The notes beneath the pieces were generated by a model. The model was not told the DNA's origin. It was given only the letters and a program-made list of their open reading frames with translations, and made no database searches. A stretch of DNA of 64,000 nt, from the IMG/VR virus record IMGVR_UViG_3300033121_001357, positions 30,494-94,493 of that record, one strand, 5' to 3'. This DNA is from a virus. Taxonomy: Duplodnaviria; Caudoviricetes. Positions 10,564 through 20,737 of this stretch are shown one piece after another; position 1 is the stretch's first letter; each line of letters opens with the position of its first letter. The translations under genes were made by a program, and so were the position numbers.

Positions 10564-11109
10564 TTAGGTCGCTAAGGTCTTCTGTTCAACCCATAGTGTA
10601 ATCTTTATGGTTCCATCTTCCCCACCAGTCTTATTCTCGACTGTTAGATAGATGTTGTTATCTTCGCTCCGATGGGGTGCGACGACCGTCAGGACCATGC
10701 CACCCATACCTCGATAGCGAGGTAAAATGTCTGTAGTTCCTGCTCCAAAGTAAGCATCACCTGTCAGAATGCCAATAAGTTTGCTGCGAGCGCTATCTGC
10801 ATACTGCTTGATAATTGCTGAAGTTACGGATGCATTCGATACCGGCTCCCATGTGACCTTGGGAATATAGCCATCCGGGAATCCAATATCAATTGTCAAG
10901 TTTCCGGAACCACCACCGCTGATACTTTCAGTGGTTCCTTCGAACTTGGCGACCGATCCTCCGCCTCCGCCCGCACTCTCAACAGCACTGGCCAACTCGT
11001 CGATTGCTTCCTTAACAGTTCTGGCTGCAAGGCCAGAAACTGTTGGATCATAGTCGACTCCTAAGCTTTCTGTCTTAATCGAACCATCAGAGTTCCATAG
11101 TCTAGCCAT
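10564..11109 (-). CDS. Putative head fibre/decoration protein
   Basis: YDPTVSGLAARTVKEAIDELA motif followed by a GGGGGS linker; downstream of the capsid gene. Confidence 0.5.
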   Translation of the reverse strand: MARLWNSDGSIKTESLGVDYDPTVSGLAARTVKEAIDELASAVESAGGGGGSVAKFEGTTESISGGGSGNLTIDIGFPDGYIPKVTWEPVSNASVTSAIIKQYADSARSKLIGILTGDAYFGAGTTDILPRYRGMGGMVLTVVAPHRSEDNNIYLTVENKTGGEDGTIKITLWVEQKTLAT

Positions 11110-11125
11110 GGTTCACCCCCTGATA

Positions 11126-11566
11126 TTACTCATTAGGTGTGAAGTAAACGATACCTACGGTTACGGATCCAGCGGTAGTTCCACTGAGGTTTACGTCGGA
11201 GGTTAGCGTAAGCGTAATAGCTCCGTCAGCAGGTCTCATGATAGCACCAGCAGCGACTGCACCAGCAGTAGCGCTACCTGCCATAATGTCCCAGTCATCA
11301 TCCGGAGTGATTTCTACATCGCCCACTGTAAGAGACTCAAGGACGTAGCTTGTATCTCCAACAACTGCAAATGCAGTGTTGAGGGTCGTGTAGCAACCAA
11401 GAATTACGGCGCCGTCAGGAATGTCACCTAGACCAGAAAGATCTCCTAGGTCAAAGTCACCCGTGACAGCATCGGTATCAGCAAGATCTGCGAAGGTGAG
11501 AGTGGCTTCAAAGCACTTTACAGCCCTCTGGAAGATCCCCCAATTTGAAAGGTCCTGAACTGCCAT
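11126..11566 (-). CDS. Putative capsid cement/decoration protein
   Basis: Beta-rich, TAGSVTVGIVY C-terminus; directly after the major capsid gene. Confidence 0.5.
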   Translation of the reverse strand: MAVQDLSNWGIFQRAVKCFEATLTFADLADTDAVTGDFDLGDLSGLGDIPDGAVILGCYTTLNTAFAVVGDTSYVLESLTVGDVEITPDDDWDIMAGSATAGAVAAGAIMRPADGAITLTLTSDVNLSGTTAGSVTVGIVYFTPNE

Positions 11567-11580
11567 TTGATTTTCTCCTT

Positions 11581-11613
11581 AAAGAAAAATGGGGCCCACG
11601 AAGGAGCCCCATT
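11581..11613 (-). terminator. Intrinsic terminator after the major capsid gene
   Basis: Minus strand AATGGGGCTCC-TTCG-TGGGCCCCATT followed by TTTCTTT. Confidence 0.8.
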
Positions 11614-11643
11614 AAAGTTAGCTAGCTCCCGTTACCCTATTAG

Positions 11644-12942
11644 TTAGGGAACCGCTACGTCACGAGTTGTAGGCTGAATGCTACCTGCCATGTTGATTGT
11701 TGCCTGGGCCGGGAGAACGATCTTGTTGCTATCAACTACGACGTTCTTTGCGATTGCGAGGCCAAGACCACGATTCTTCGGACGAATCATGTACTTCTCA
11801 GTCAGGTTGATCTTCAGGATGTCTGTCTCCGGGTCGGTCCACTCGCTTGTGCTGAGTGCCATTTCCTCGAAGTAGAAACCAAGCTCGTTGCTATCGGCCA
11901 TGAGGATGCTTGTGGTGTTTGTGCTGGCGTTGTACGGAACGAACGGAGACACGACCACTGTCATCGGGAGACCGAAGTAGTTCGGAAGTACCGGAGCAGA
12001 AGTCAGATTCTGGCTGAAGTCTGCTGGGGTGTTCGGAAGGGCAGCACCATCGCTGTTGTTGCCGATCGGAGCACTTGGCCAAGTACGATACTGACCACCG
12101 GAGTAACCCTCACCACCGAAGGAGCCCGGGAAGTCCTGAACAGCCGGATTGCCAGTCCACTGGGAACCGAAGAACGGGCTGCGGGCCATCTGAGCGAATA
12201 CGCGGAGCTGAGCGTCCTGAACGAACATGAGCCAGGTCAGCGGGTGAACAAGGATCATATTCGGGGTCCAGCCATGGGCTAGAACCTGGGCGTACATCTC
12301 GAAGACGTCGTCCATCGTAATGGTGCCATTCAGAGCACCGCTGAGGTCGCGACCAGTAGTAGTGCCGAAAGCAGAGTTGCTCGGGCTCAGGTTATCATGG
12401 GTGACCTTTGCGAGGTGATACCACATGTTGAAAGCCTTCTCTTCCTTGTTACGGACGAGGGCCTTTGTAGCCTGACGGAGAACCATGGAGACCACGTCGA
12501 AGGAGCTGTACTTGAGAACCTCATCAGTGAACTTCACTGAGAGACCGTACTTGCCCATCTTAGCGATCTGGCTTCCACCTGCGAACGTCACTCTAAGCTC
12601 CGGCCTACTTTCAAGCTCACCGATCTCGAAGTCGCCGTCTAGGGCGCCGAAAACGAGAGGCATATCTACGTGGGCACCAGGGCCGTTGTAAGGCATCCTC
12701 TGTAGGAGCTTGGTGGCAATGAGCATCGGCTCGACTGCTTCCTGAATGGAGTTGTTGATTACCTTAGGAATGAAGAGTGGGGCTTCCCACATTGCGAGGG
12801 CGTCCTTAAGAGTCAGCTTCTTACCATCGGGTAGAAGGTGCTCTGGGTCGCGCATGGCCTTCTCAAAGTCCTTGAACTTGATAGAAGCCTGCTCGTCGAC
12901 CTCGCGGAAGTTTGCGAACTTCAACTGGGCTCTCTTGCTCAT
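11644..12942 (-). CDS. Major capsid protein (HK97 fold)
   Basis: KYGLSVKFTDEVL..ALVRNKEEKAF..PNMILVHP..VVVSPFVP; strong codon bias; followed by a terminator. Confidence 0.85.
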   Translation of the reverse strand: MSKRAQLKFANFREVDEQASIKFKDFEKAMRDPEHLLPDGKKLTLKDALAMWEAPLFIPKVINNSIQEAVEPMLIATKLLQRMPYNGPGAHVDMPLVFGALDGDFEIGELESRPELRVTFAGGSQIAKMGKYGLSVKFTDEVLKYSSFDVVSMVLRQATKALVRNKEEKAFNMWYHLAKVTHDNLSPSNSAFGTTTGRDLSGALNGTITMDDVFEMYAQVLAHGWTPNMILVHPLTWLMFVQDAQLRVFAQMARSPFFGSQWTGNPAVQDFPGSFGGEGYSGGQYRTWPSAPIGNNSDGAALPNTPADFSQNLTSAPVLPNYFGLPMTVVVSPFVPYNASTNTTSILMADSNELGFYFEEMALSTSEWTDPETDILKINLTEKYMIRPKNRGLGLAIAKNVVVDSNKIVLPAQATINMAGSIQPTTRDVAVP

Positions 12943-12955
12943 TGTTTATAACTCC

Positions 12956-14095
12956 TTACTTATGGGCCTGGGAGATTACGATCGTGCCCAGTGTTGCGCC
13001 TGCTGTGTGCATATTCCAAGGATAGCCGCTTGTAGCAGAGCCAGGCATCTTCTCGATTGCATCGAAGCCAGGGATTGTAGAATCCCAACGGGTCTTGACC
13101 TTGTCGAGTAGGGACCTTGGATGACGGACGTCCTTCTTGATTACCTGACCGACGATGCGCTTGTGGTACTTCTGAACGCTTGTAAGAACAGCGGCCAGGG
13201 CAGTGTTTACAGCGGCTCTGTCTGCTGCGTCGTCACCAGTGAGAACTCCACAAGTTACGCTTGCAGGAGTGGCTGGAACGATATTGGAGTCGCGGTTGAA
13301 TGTCACACGATCGCCGTAGGAGAAAGAGGACATAGCACCTGCGATAGCAACAGCCTGACCAGGGATGAGTAGACCACTTGTGTCTGCGACAACTGGGTAC
13401 TCGAGGCAGTAGTTCGTACGAACCGTCTTGGGCTCAAGCTGAAGCTGCCAAGCGTCGTGACGAAGCTGGGTGCCATCATCGACAGCCTTGCGGGCCTCCA
13501 TGCCTGTAGCGGAACCGGTGTTGAACATGTGCTCATTTGCACCGCGGCTCATTACGTCAGAGCTTGTGCGAATCCAGGAGTACGGAGCGACACCGATGTG
13601 ATCACCGATGGTAACTGCCCATGTCATGACACCGTTGCAATCAACAGCAGAAGAGCTGCCAGCAAAACCGCTGTTGAAGTTCGGTAGAGCAACGCCACCC
13701 TTGCGAAGCATAGAGTAAACGACAGGCTCGCCGACAGCTACCGTGACACCACGAGAGTTAACAACACCGTTGTCAACGTCAGTCTGGTCATACTTGATTA
13801 GATCAGCAGTTACGAAGTTAACGTTGCCAGTACCGAAGTTGGTAAGGGCCTCAGTAGACTCCTGCTCGATCTTGTAACCTGCGGGGACCAGGAAGCCTAG
13901 GCTGTCATGAGCAATGACCTTACCAGTCATTACTACATAGTAGTCAGAGTGCTTCTCGATAAAGCCCTGCAGTGGGAGGTAAGGGGCCGGATGTGCGTGC
14001 AGACGAGGAAACTCTGTTGGGCAGAATTCCACGTTGGGCACCATTGTGCCCACGTCCCTGTTGTACCTCTTAACCGTTGGGTTGTACTGTGACAT
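12956..14095 (-). CDS. Capsid-associated (decoration) protein
   Basis: Lies between the protease/scaffold and capsid genes; codon bias similar to the capsid gene. Confidence 0.55.
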   Translation of the reverse strand: MSQYNPTVKRYNRDVGTMVPNVEFCPTEFPRLHAHPAPYLPLQGFIEKHSDYYVVMTGKVIAHDSLGFLVPAGYKIEQESTEALTNFGTGNVNFVTADLIKYDQTDVDNGVVNSRGVTVAVGEPVVYSMLRKGGVALPNFNSGFAGSSSAVDCNGVMTWAVTIGDHIGVAPYSWIRTSSDVMSRGANEHMFNTGSATGMEARKAVDDGTQLRHDAWQLQLEPKTVRTNYCLEYPVVADTSGLLIPGQAVAIAGAMSSFSYGDRVTFNRDSNIVPATPASVTCGVLTGDDAADRAAVNTALAAVLTSVQKYHKRIVGQVIKKDVRHPRSLLDKVKTRWDSTIPGFDAIEKMPGSATSGYPWNMHTAGATLGTIVISQAHK

Positions 14096-14110
14096 TAGTA
14101 TTCCTCCAAA

Positions 14111-15982
14111 TTATGGGGTCATGTCTCGCGGGACGAGCCCCTTATTCTGTGCATCCATCCAAAACGACTTAGCCCTACCAGAACCGTCGGGTCCATAGAA
14201 GAGATCCCAATACTGCTTGGTGTAACCAGCGTACCTCTCAGCATCCTTCTCTCTCTGCTCAGGCTCTGGAGCCCTTGGATCTGCAACCTGCTTGCCACTG
14301 GCAACCCTATCAGAGCCGGTGACATTCTTGTTGCGGATGTCCTTGATGGAATCCTTGAGAGAGTCCATAGAGCGAGAAGAGTATTCCTTGAGGGCTTCGA
14401 CCCTGTCCTCAATCTTAAAACCACGATTGAGCTGAGCGTCGACAAGGCTCTCAGCAAGAACCAACTTGTGATCCTTGATGAGTTCCTTATTGGCAGCCTC
14501 AAGCTGAGACACCTCAGCGGTCAACCTGGAAGCCTTATGCTTCCATACGCTAAGGTCAGCATTTAGAGCCTCGAGCTTTGCTTCTGCGTCAGTAAGCTTT
14601 GCGCAAGTCTCATCATATAGCTGCTTTAGAACTGTTTCCGGTGCAGGCTCTGAACTATCCTGAACAGGCTCAGACTCAGTAGTGACCGACTCTGTCTGTG
14701 TGGCATCCTGCACACCAGTCTCGGACTCAGAGGCCTGAGATGAAGACTTGGCGAGAACATCCTTTACAGACTGGAGAAGAGAGTCACGAGTCTCAGAAGT
14801 CTCTAGCTCATTTAGAAGAGCCTCGATAGCCTGGGCGTGAGCTGCGTCCTTGACAGGGAAAGTCCTGTTAGGGCCAATGAAGACAGAGTCATCTAGACCG
14901 CTGAGTAGGTCGCCAGTTAGACGAGGTGCGTCAGCAGCAAGATGCTTTGCAATGGCCTCATAGTTAGAGGCTGTATCCTTGATTAGATCAGATAGCTTCA
15001 TGCTTTGTCCTTGGTGTTGTTCCTGACCCTGTTCTTTGTTTCCAATTACTGAGGAGGTTTTTACAGTAGGGGCATTTGAATTGGAAAGCTGCAGAGTTTC
15101 GGGCATGTCTACAACACAACTGTCCTTTAGACGGAATGTCTGATTGTTGATAGAAATGTGGAAGTCAGAGAAGATCTCCACTGGCTTGCTGTAAGTAAGA
15201 TCCTGCGTGGCATCTGCAAAGGATAGGTTCTCTCCGACCTGAATGATCTGAGATAGTGGAGCAGCAGGATTATTGACTGGAGAAACCTCATCAAACCCGT
15301 ATTCAGATGGGACGATTACGCACTCGAATCCGTCAATAATCTCACCACGCTCGTGCCCACAGTCCGTACGCCAGTCAATTAACTCCCCCTTCCTTGCACA
15401 ACTAGAGCAGTATACGTGCTTCGGAGTTCCCATGCCAGTAGATACGGTTAGGTATCTGCCATCGAGAATCTTCCTAATAGCATCCTGATCTGTGATGTCC
15501 CAGAGGCCAAGAATGTAGCCAACACCCTTATACTCGTCTCTCTTTGAGAGATCAAGGAACGTGGAGACTGTCTGCAATCTTGAGAGTGGCTTAGATGTCT
15601 TATCCTTGAAGGTTCTCATCACATTATAAATGGATGAGTCGAGACCAATAGCCTCATTTGTGGTATCGACATATCTAGCGTCGATAACACGACCAATGGG
15701 GTCTACTAGCTCCTGATGATGGATTTGAACTGGCTTTGGAAATGGGTGGGTAAAGCTGCGGGTAGCCTTGAAATGTTCATCTGGTAGATATATTGCCTTG
15801 TTCTTCGTACGAAGACCAGCAAATGTCATTCTCACCTTTGCACGAAGACGATAGCCCGTTTCGGAAGTGCTGTCTTTTGTCTCAAACAGCAGCTTCTTGT
15901 ATGGCTCTACTGCCACCGGCTCTGCAATGAGAGAGGTGTAGTCCATAAGCGGAATCGGTCTTACGAAGTTATTCGTGCTCAT
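14111..15982 (-). CDS. Prohead protease fused to a scaffold-like coiled coil
   Basis: PVQIHH..PIGRV..ILDGRYLTVSTG..C..C..EVSPVNNPA protease motifs; acidic coiled-coil C-terminal half. Confidence 0.8.
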   Translation of the reverse strand: MSTNNFVRPIPLMDYTSLIAEPVAVEPYKKLLFETKDSTSETGYRLRAKVRMTFAGLRTKNKAIYLPDEHFKATRSFTHPFPKPVQIHHQELVDPIGRVIDARYVDTTNEAIGLDSSIYNVMRTFKDKTSKPLSRLQTVSTFLDLSKRDEYKGVGYILGLWDITDQDAIRKILDGRYLTVSTGMGTPKHVYCSSCARKGELIDWRTDCGHERGEIIDGFECVIVPSEYGFDEVSPVNNPAAPLSQIIQVGENLSFADATQDLTYSKPVEIFSDFHISINNQTFRLKDSCVVDMPETLQLSNSNAPTVKTSSVIGNKEQGQEQHQGQSMKLSDLIKDTASNYEAIAKHLAADAPRLTGDLLSGLDDSVFIGPNRTFPVKDAAHAQAIEALLNELETSETRDSLLQSVKDVLAKSSSQASESETGVQDATQTESVTTESEPVQDSSEPAPETVLKQLYDETCAKLTDAEAKLEALNADLSVWKHKASRLTAEVSQLEAANKELIKDHKLVLAESLVDAQLNRGFKIEDRVEALKEYSSRSMDSLKDSIKDIRNKNVTGSDRVASGKQVADPRAPEPEQREKDAERYAGYTKQYWDLFYGPDGSGRAKSFWMDAQNKGLVPRDMTP

Positions 15983-18051
15983 CTATCTGTCTCCGCAACA
16001 AGGTCACATGTGCAGTTTGGGTGGAAAGGAGGCAAGGATTCAGGACTTGCGTCACTGAGTTCAATAACGACTCCATGCCAGGTTTCATGGTCTTCACCAT
16101 CTGGATCACATTGGATTGTTGCGAAGCGGACTCCATTAGCCCTCATAGCAGCAACCTTTGCTAGCACATAAGCCTTATGCGTTAGTGTTGATTCAATAAA
16201 TCGAATTCTATACTTTAGAGCATCAATTGCAAGCTCATCTCGCTCCCCAGCCATTAGTTGTCCAGAAGTTTTGTTAGATGCTTCTCCGAAGAGTCTTTCG
16301 ATATCGTCTCCAGCGTCCTTCATCACTCTATCTCTAATTGCGGAAAGCTGAATCCTTAGCTTCTCTGTTAGGGGATACTCTCGAGCTCCCCTTACAATTG
16401 CTCTATCTAAGATGTTACGAAACTCGGTCTTGATTCTCTCAGAGGTCATCATAAAGAGCTGTCGCACAAAGGAGAGGTTCGTATGAGACTTGTTCATGGC
16501 CTTTAGGTCATCGGCAAGTCTTGTGTAAAACTCTTCGGCAACGAAATCTTTTGAAGTGGATGACTTTCTCTTTGAAGGACCACTCTTCTTTCCATGCTGG
16601 TTGGTTGGCTGCTGACGGTTCTTAGCCTGAGCCTGAACCTTTTCTAGGTCTGCCTGTGCCTGCCATTCTGCCTTCTGCTTCTCTACGCGATGTAGATGGG
16701 TGTCTTCTCTCGTACCGTCATCCAAGGGGTCCTTGCCCATGTGCTTACGCATCTCGGTCTCTGTAACCGTATTCCCCTGGTACATGAGCATGTAGTGGTT
16801 CTGCAGCTTGATCTGGGACTCTACGTCGATTTCGTTGAACTGAAGTTCTACGCGTACCTCTTCATCCGAGTGGTCATAGTTGAGAGTGCTTTCTAGCATG
16901 AGCTCTCTAATGATCTCAAAGTTGATGGTATTGGCCATGTTAGCTTGATAGAACTTTACGTTATCGATAGCGAGCTTTGACATGCTGTCGGCAGTAGATC
17001 TGTTTGCGGTATTTCCATAACCGAAGTCTAGTTCTGAAAGACCTGAGCCTGCGATTACTCTCTTCTTGAAGTACTCTAGGTAGGTCTCAGCTCTTAGGGC
17101 TCTAGATTCAGAACCTAGACCAGTAATCTCATGTCTCCATGGAGTGATGAGCATACCGTCTGTTGGCATGTCTTGGATTTCTGCTCTGACGACATCCATT
17201 TCGGTAAGACCGTCTTCGAAACGGAGCTCTGGGAACTTCTCAGTACCTACCTTGTACTGGTACAGGGGGTAGATGTGCTGGTAGACGAGGTTCTCTACAT
17301 GCTCTTCGATTCTTCGTAGAGCTAGGATATCTTCAAGGACCGGTGCCCATGCTGGTGTGCCGGCAAGCATGTGTGGCTTCTTGTAGATATGGAAGTGGAT
17401 TACATCCTCGGCTGGATATACCTTAAAGCGTCCGTCGGGCATGATGTGCTTATAGGACTTGATATGGTTATCCTTACCGATCTTGAACTGGATTGTATCG
17501 GGCGATGCGACGAAGTAGCCGGCAACCGGTTCCAGCTTCTGTCCATCAATATTTCGAATCTTTCCAGAAGATGCCTCAAAGTCCCTTGCCTTGATTACAA
17601 AGCAGTTGTGGTATCTAATGAGGTTGGAGAAGATCTCTACAAGAAGTGCCCACCAAGTCTGTCCCTGAGCTACCTCAATCTCGGCAATCCTTCTCCGAAT
17701 GTAGTTCAGACAATTCTGGTCCCTTGAGACGATTGTCCACCCACCCTTAATGGCCAGAGCGAGCTTCTTGAAGTTAGCCTGATAGACGAAGGCGTCAGTG
17801 TCTTCGGCCATGCCGATATCAATGAAGTTATACTCGCCAGGATAGAACTGGTCATCTGCTGTCTTCTTGTTGTTTGTGGCGGGTAGCCTATAAGTAAAGG
17901 TCGGGCGCTTAAGAGCAGGAGGGATCTGCTTTAGGATATTGACCTTTGGCTTCTCACTGGGATCAGCGAGATCAAGTCTTGGAACCCTTGGCTTTACGAC
18001 GGAGTCCATCTCTAGAATCTTCTCTTCCATTAGGAAAGCTCCTGCATCCAT
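15979..18051 (-). CDS. Portal protein with a C-terminal MuF (gpF)-like head morphogenesis domain
   Basis: EDVIHF..FGYGNTANRSTAD..TETEMRKHMGKDP portal motifs; C-terminal LPPFHPNCTC. Confidence 0.8.
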   Translation of the reverse strand: MDAGAFLMEEKILEMDSVVKPRVPRLDLADPSEKPKVNILKQIPPALKRPTFTYRLPATNNKKTADDQFYPGEYNFIDIGMAEDTDAFVYQANFKKLALAIKGGWTIVSRDQNCLNYIRRRIAEIEVAQGQTWWALLVEIFSNLIRYHNCFVIKARDFEASSGKIRNIDGQKLEPVAGYFVASPDTIQFKIGKDNHIKSYKHIMPDGRFKVYPAEDVIHFHIYKKPHMLAGTPAWAPVLEDILALRRIEEHVENLVYQHIYPLYQYKVGTEKFPELRFEDGLTEMDVVRAEIQDMPTDGMLITPWRHEITGLGSESRALRAETYLEYFKKRVIAGSGLSELDFGYGNTANRSTADSMSKLAIDNVKFYQANMANTINFEIIRELMLESTLNYDHSDEEVRVELQFNEIDVESQIKLQNHYMLMYQGNTVTETEMRKHMGKDPLDDGTREDTHLHRVEKQKAEWQAQADLEKVQAQAKNRQQPTNQHGKKSGPSKRKSSTSKDFVAEEFYTRLADDLKAMNKSHTNLSFVRQLFMMTSERIKTEFRNILDRAIVRGAREYPLTEKLRIQLSAIRDRVMKDAGDDIERLFGEASNKTSGQLMAGERDELAIDALKYRIRFIESTLTHKAYVLAKVAAMRANGVRFATIQCDPDGEDHETWHGVVIELSDASPESLPPFHPNCTCDLVAETDR

Positions 18052-19385
18052 CTATCTAGATGGTCACTATTCCCAGTTCTCTTAATGCAGTCCCTTAGAA
18101 CGAATGCAAAGCGCTTACTCGATGTAGGGGTTGTATTGTTATCCCTTGTATTTGTCGGGAAAGCGGCTGGTGAACCAGTTGAATTCGTTTCTTGGCCCGG
18201 CTCTGTGATGTTGACTTGGTTTGGGCTTCTCCTGTTGATTTTATCAACGATCAGCTTCACGTTGTCTTCTGTACAGAGCTCCTTGATTTCTCCAAGACTA
18301 GCAATTACCTCACAAATGTCGATGATGGTGGCGACTGCCTTTACTTGGTCAAGAAAGCTAATGTTCTGTTGAGTGATTAGCCATTCGCCGCCCAACAAAT
18401 CGATTACCGTATCTTGCGCCTTAATTAGATTCTTCTCTACCCAATCAATACCACCCTGTACGAATTCACGGATGATGGCAGCAACATCTGTAGGAGTGGC
18501 TGCCGTCTCTGCAGCAAGGTCATTCAAGAAGAGTCTTGAGCGACTAGAGTAATCAGCGATATCTGTTAGTACCTCATCTGTCTTCTTGCCTGTTGGATCA
18601 TATTCAAACTGAATGGCCTTAGGACCGTGCGTATTGGAAATCTTGAAGTCTCTAATGGAGACTGCGGATGCCTCAATCTCATTAAGGATACAGTTGATCT
18701 GCTGGAGCAACATCTGCAGATAGGCACCTAGGAAGTCCTCTAGGCCAACGATGTATGGCCTAAGTAATGTGTCCAGGATGTCATTCAAAGCAGATTCCAA
18801 GTTAAAGGAGATTGACTCCAGTAGCCTAGAAATATAAGCCATCAAGATTCCAGCAAGAACGAGGAGGTCCTGTGGACACAGATTCTTAAAGGCATGTAGG
18901 AAGTCACAGAGCCAATCTAAGATTGGATTTCCATCGAAGAGGTCTTCTAAGTCTAGAAGGAATCTATAGCGGGCCTTTAGGTCCATTGTCAGGATTTCTT
19001 TCAGCCTCTTCCAGTCGAAGTCATCAATGTCCCACTTAGAGTTACAGGGAATACAGTCCTTTAGCTTCCTAAATAGATTTGAATGAGTGGAGTAGCCTTC
19101 GTCTAGAACCACTACCCCCTGAATCTCTTCAGAAGCATTCTCTGCTGGAGTCCCTGTATTTGTAGGTTGTGGTGCTGGGGCTTGGGCTGAACCGGTAATC
19201 CTATCTACTCTGTTCTTGGAGACCTGACTCATCGTCTGAGTTCTGACGATATCTCTAGCAGCCATAGCCTCTGCAGCACGGATTCTATTCATTCCAGATA
19301 GAGCTTGGGCTCTCAAGAAGCTCTCATAAGCCTTGATAATTACCTGGAGGTCTTTTCTCTTTGAGAGGGCATGTTCTACATTCAT
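18030..19385 (-). CDS. Hypothetical helical virion/morphogenesis protein
   Basis: 451-aa ORF in the operon; no recognised motif. Confidence 0.6.
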   Translation of the reverse strand: MNVEHALSKRKDLQVIIKAYESFLRAQALSGMNRIRAAEAMAARDIVRTQTMSQVSKNRVDRITGSAQAPAPQPTNTGTPAENASEEIQGVVVLDEGYSTHSNLFRKLKDCIPCNSKWDIDDFDWKRLKEILTMDLKARYRFLLDLEDLFDGNPILDWLCDFLHAFKNLCPQDLLVLAGILMAYISRLLESISFNLESALNDILDTLLRPYIVGLEDFLGAYLQMLLQQINCILNEIEASAVSIRDFKISNTHGPKAIQFEYDPTGKKTDEVLTDIADYSSRSRLFLNDLAAETAATPTDVAAIIREFVQGGIDWVEKNLIKAQDTVIDLLGGEWLITQQNISFLDQVKAVATIIDICEVIASLGEIKELCTEDNVKLIVDKINRRSPNQVNITEPGQETNSTGSPAAFPTNTRDNNTTPTSSKRFAFVLRDCIKRTGNSDHLDRWMQELS

Positions 19386-19807
19386 TAGAGAAGATCCGTA
19401 GGACTGAGTGGCGGTAGGGCGATAACCTCATCTGGGCTACCTACCTTTGATGGAACCAGAGCAATACCTTCTCCAGTTGGCTGAGGAAGACCTGCAGGAA
19501 GAACTAGGGCAAGACCTACACTCTGTGCTGGGATTACAGGGGTGGTGGCGCTGGGAACCCCGATTGCTGGTGATGTAGGAGTCCCTTCTGCATTATGCGT
19601 ATGGGAAGCCAGTGCGGCCTGTAGAGACGCTATCTGAGCATTCAACTCAGCGATGGCAATTCTAAGGTCCCCATAGTGAACGAAGTCCTGGACTATATGA
19701 GGGTATAGCCTCATATAGAGCTTCTTTAGTTGTTCTATGACTACATCTGCCGGACTTCTATTGAGAAGCTTATTGGCATATTCAGACAGTGCCATGAGAC
19801 TGCTCAC
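19385..19807 (-). CDS. Hypothetical protein with a spike-like HxH motif
   Basis: ASHTHNAEGTPTSP resembles the metal-binding tip of phage spike proteins. Confidence 0.45.
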   Translation of the reverse strand: MSSLMALSEYANKLLNRSPADVVIEQLKKLYMRLYPHIVQDFVHYGDLRIAIAELNAQIASLQAALASHTHNAEGTPTSPAIGVPSATTPVIPAQSVGLALVLPAGLPQPTGEGIALVPSKVGSPDEVIALPPLSPTDLL

Positions 19808-20222
19808 CTATCTCGATTGCGATATCTCTGTCTAGTTTTAGGGCTTGGAGATACATAGAGAATGTCACCCTTCTGTGCTCGCCCTGAAACATCTCGATTA
19901 CTGCCTGTGCTAGTTCTGGATTCTTCTGTGGGTCAAATTCTAGAGTAAGCTCTCCAACCTTTTCACGCAGCTTTGCAAGTAACTTGTCCCCTGTTTCAAT
20001 CAATTCTTGATAGCCCTGAGAAAGTTCATCAAGAGCAAGTGGCTCTTCTTGGGTGGAAGTCGTAGTCTCCGCTTCTGCTCTAGCAACTGAGCCTGCCTGC
20101 TTTGGCTTTCTGACATCTACTTCTGGTTTCCTAAATAGACTGTCAGTCTCACTGAATGTTAGGCCCTTAGCATCTGAAACAGTGGATACCCTGATCCTTA
20201 AGTCGTTAAGTCTAGTTGCCAT
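19782..20222 (-). CDS. Hypothetical protein
   Basis: Packed ORF in the operon. Confidence 0.6.
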   Translation of the reverse strand: MATRLNDLRIRVSTVSDAKGLTFSETDSLFRKPEVDVRKPKQAGSVARAEAETTTSTQEEPLALDELSQGYQELIETGDKLLAKLREKVGELTLEFDPQKNPELAQAVIEMFQGEHRRVTFSMYLQALKLDRDIAIEIGEQSHGTV

Positions 20223-20737
20223 TAGACGAGATGCTCCGTGTATTCGATCTCAAGGGCAAAGTTTAAGTCGCCTTGTGGGCACCCTCGAGTACAGGAGACT
20301 CTTACCCAAAATGGATAGTACTTTGTATCCGCATGTCCCGCGGAGCCAAGTTCTGGCAGTCGCGTGTCAATTGCACCACCCACCAAGGGTGACTGTAGAA
20401 CAGCACAGTCGTTGGGATCTAGAGGATCGTCTCCCGAACCCGGACCGTTAGGGGCAACAGAAGCCCAGCGATTCTCAGCAGGCTCCTTGTCTCCAGACAG
20501 AAGCTTAATGCTTACAGCAGTACTCGTAATCGCAGCTCCGATAGTCGACGTAGGTCGGAGACGGATATCTGTGTAGTACTTCGTTGCATCTGTATTGCGG
20601 ATATACACCTTCTTCGTAACTGGAGAGCCACCGGGACTTGTTGCCAAAAGAACTGGAGCAGCAAATGTCACGGAGGAAATCTCGTCGAATGTTGCGGTGC
20701 TTTCATTGAGGATATAAAGCTTAATCATTCGGTTCAC
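20222..20737 (-). CDS. Hypothetical protein (possibly structural)
   Basis: Packed ORF in the operon. Confidence 0.6.
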   Translation of the reverse strand: MNRMIKLYILNESTATFDEISSVTFAAPVLLATSPGGSPVTKKVYIRNTDATKYYTDIRLRPTSTIGAAITSTAVSIKLLSGDKEPAENRWASVAPNGPGSGDDPLDPNDCAVLQSPLVGGAIDTRLPELGSAGHADTKYYPFWVRVSCTRGCPQGDLNFALEIEYTEHLV

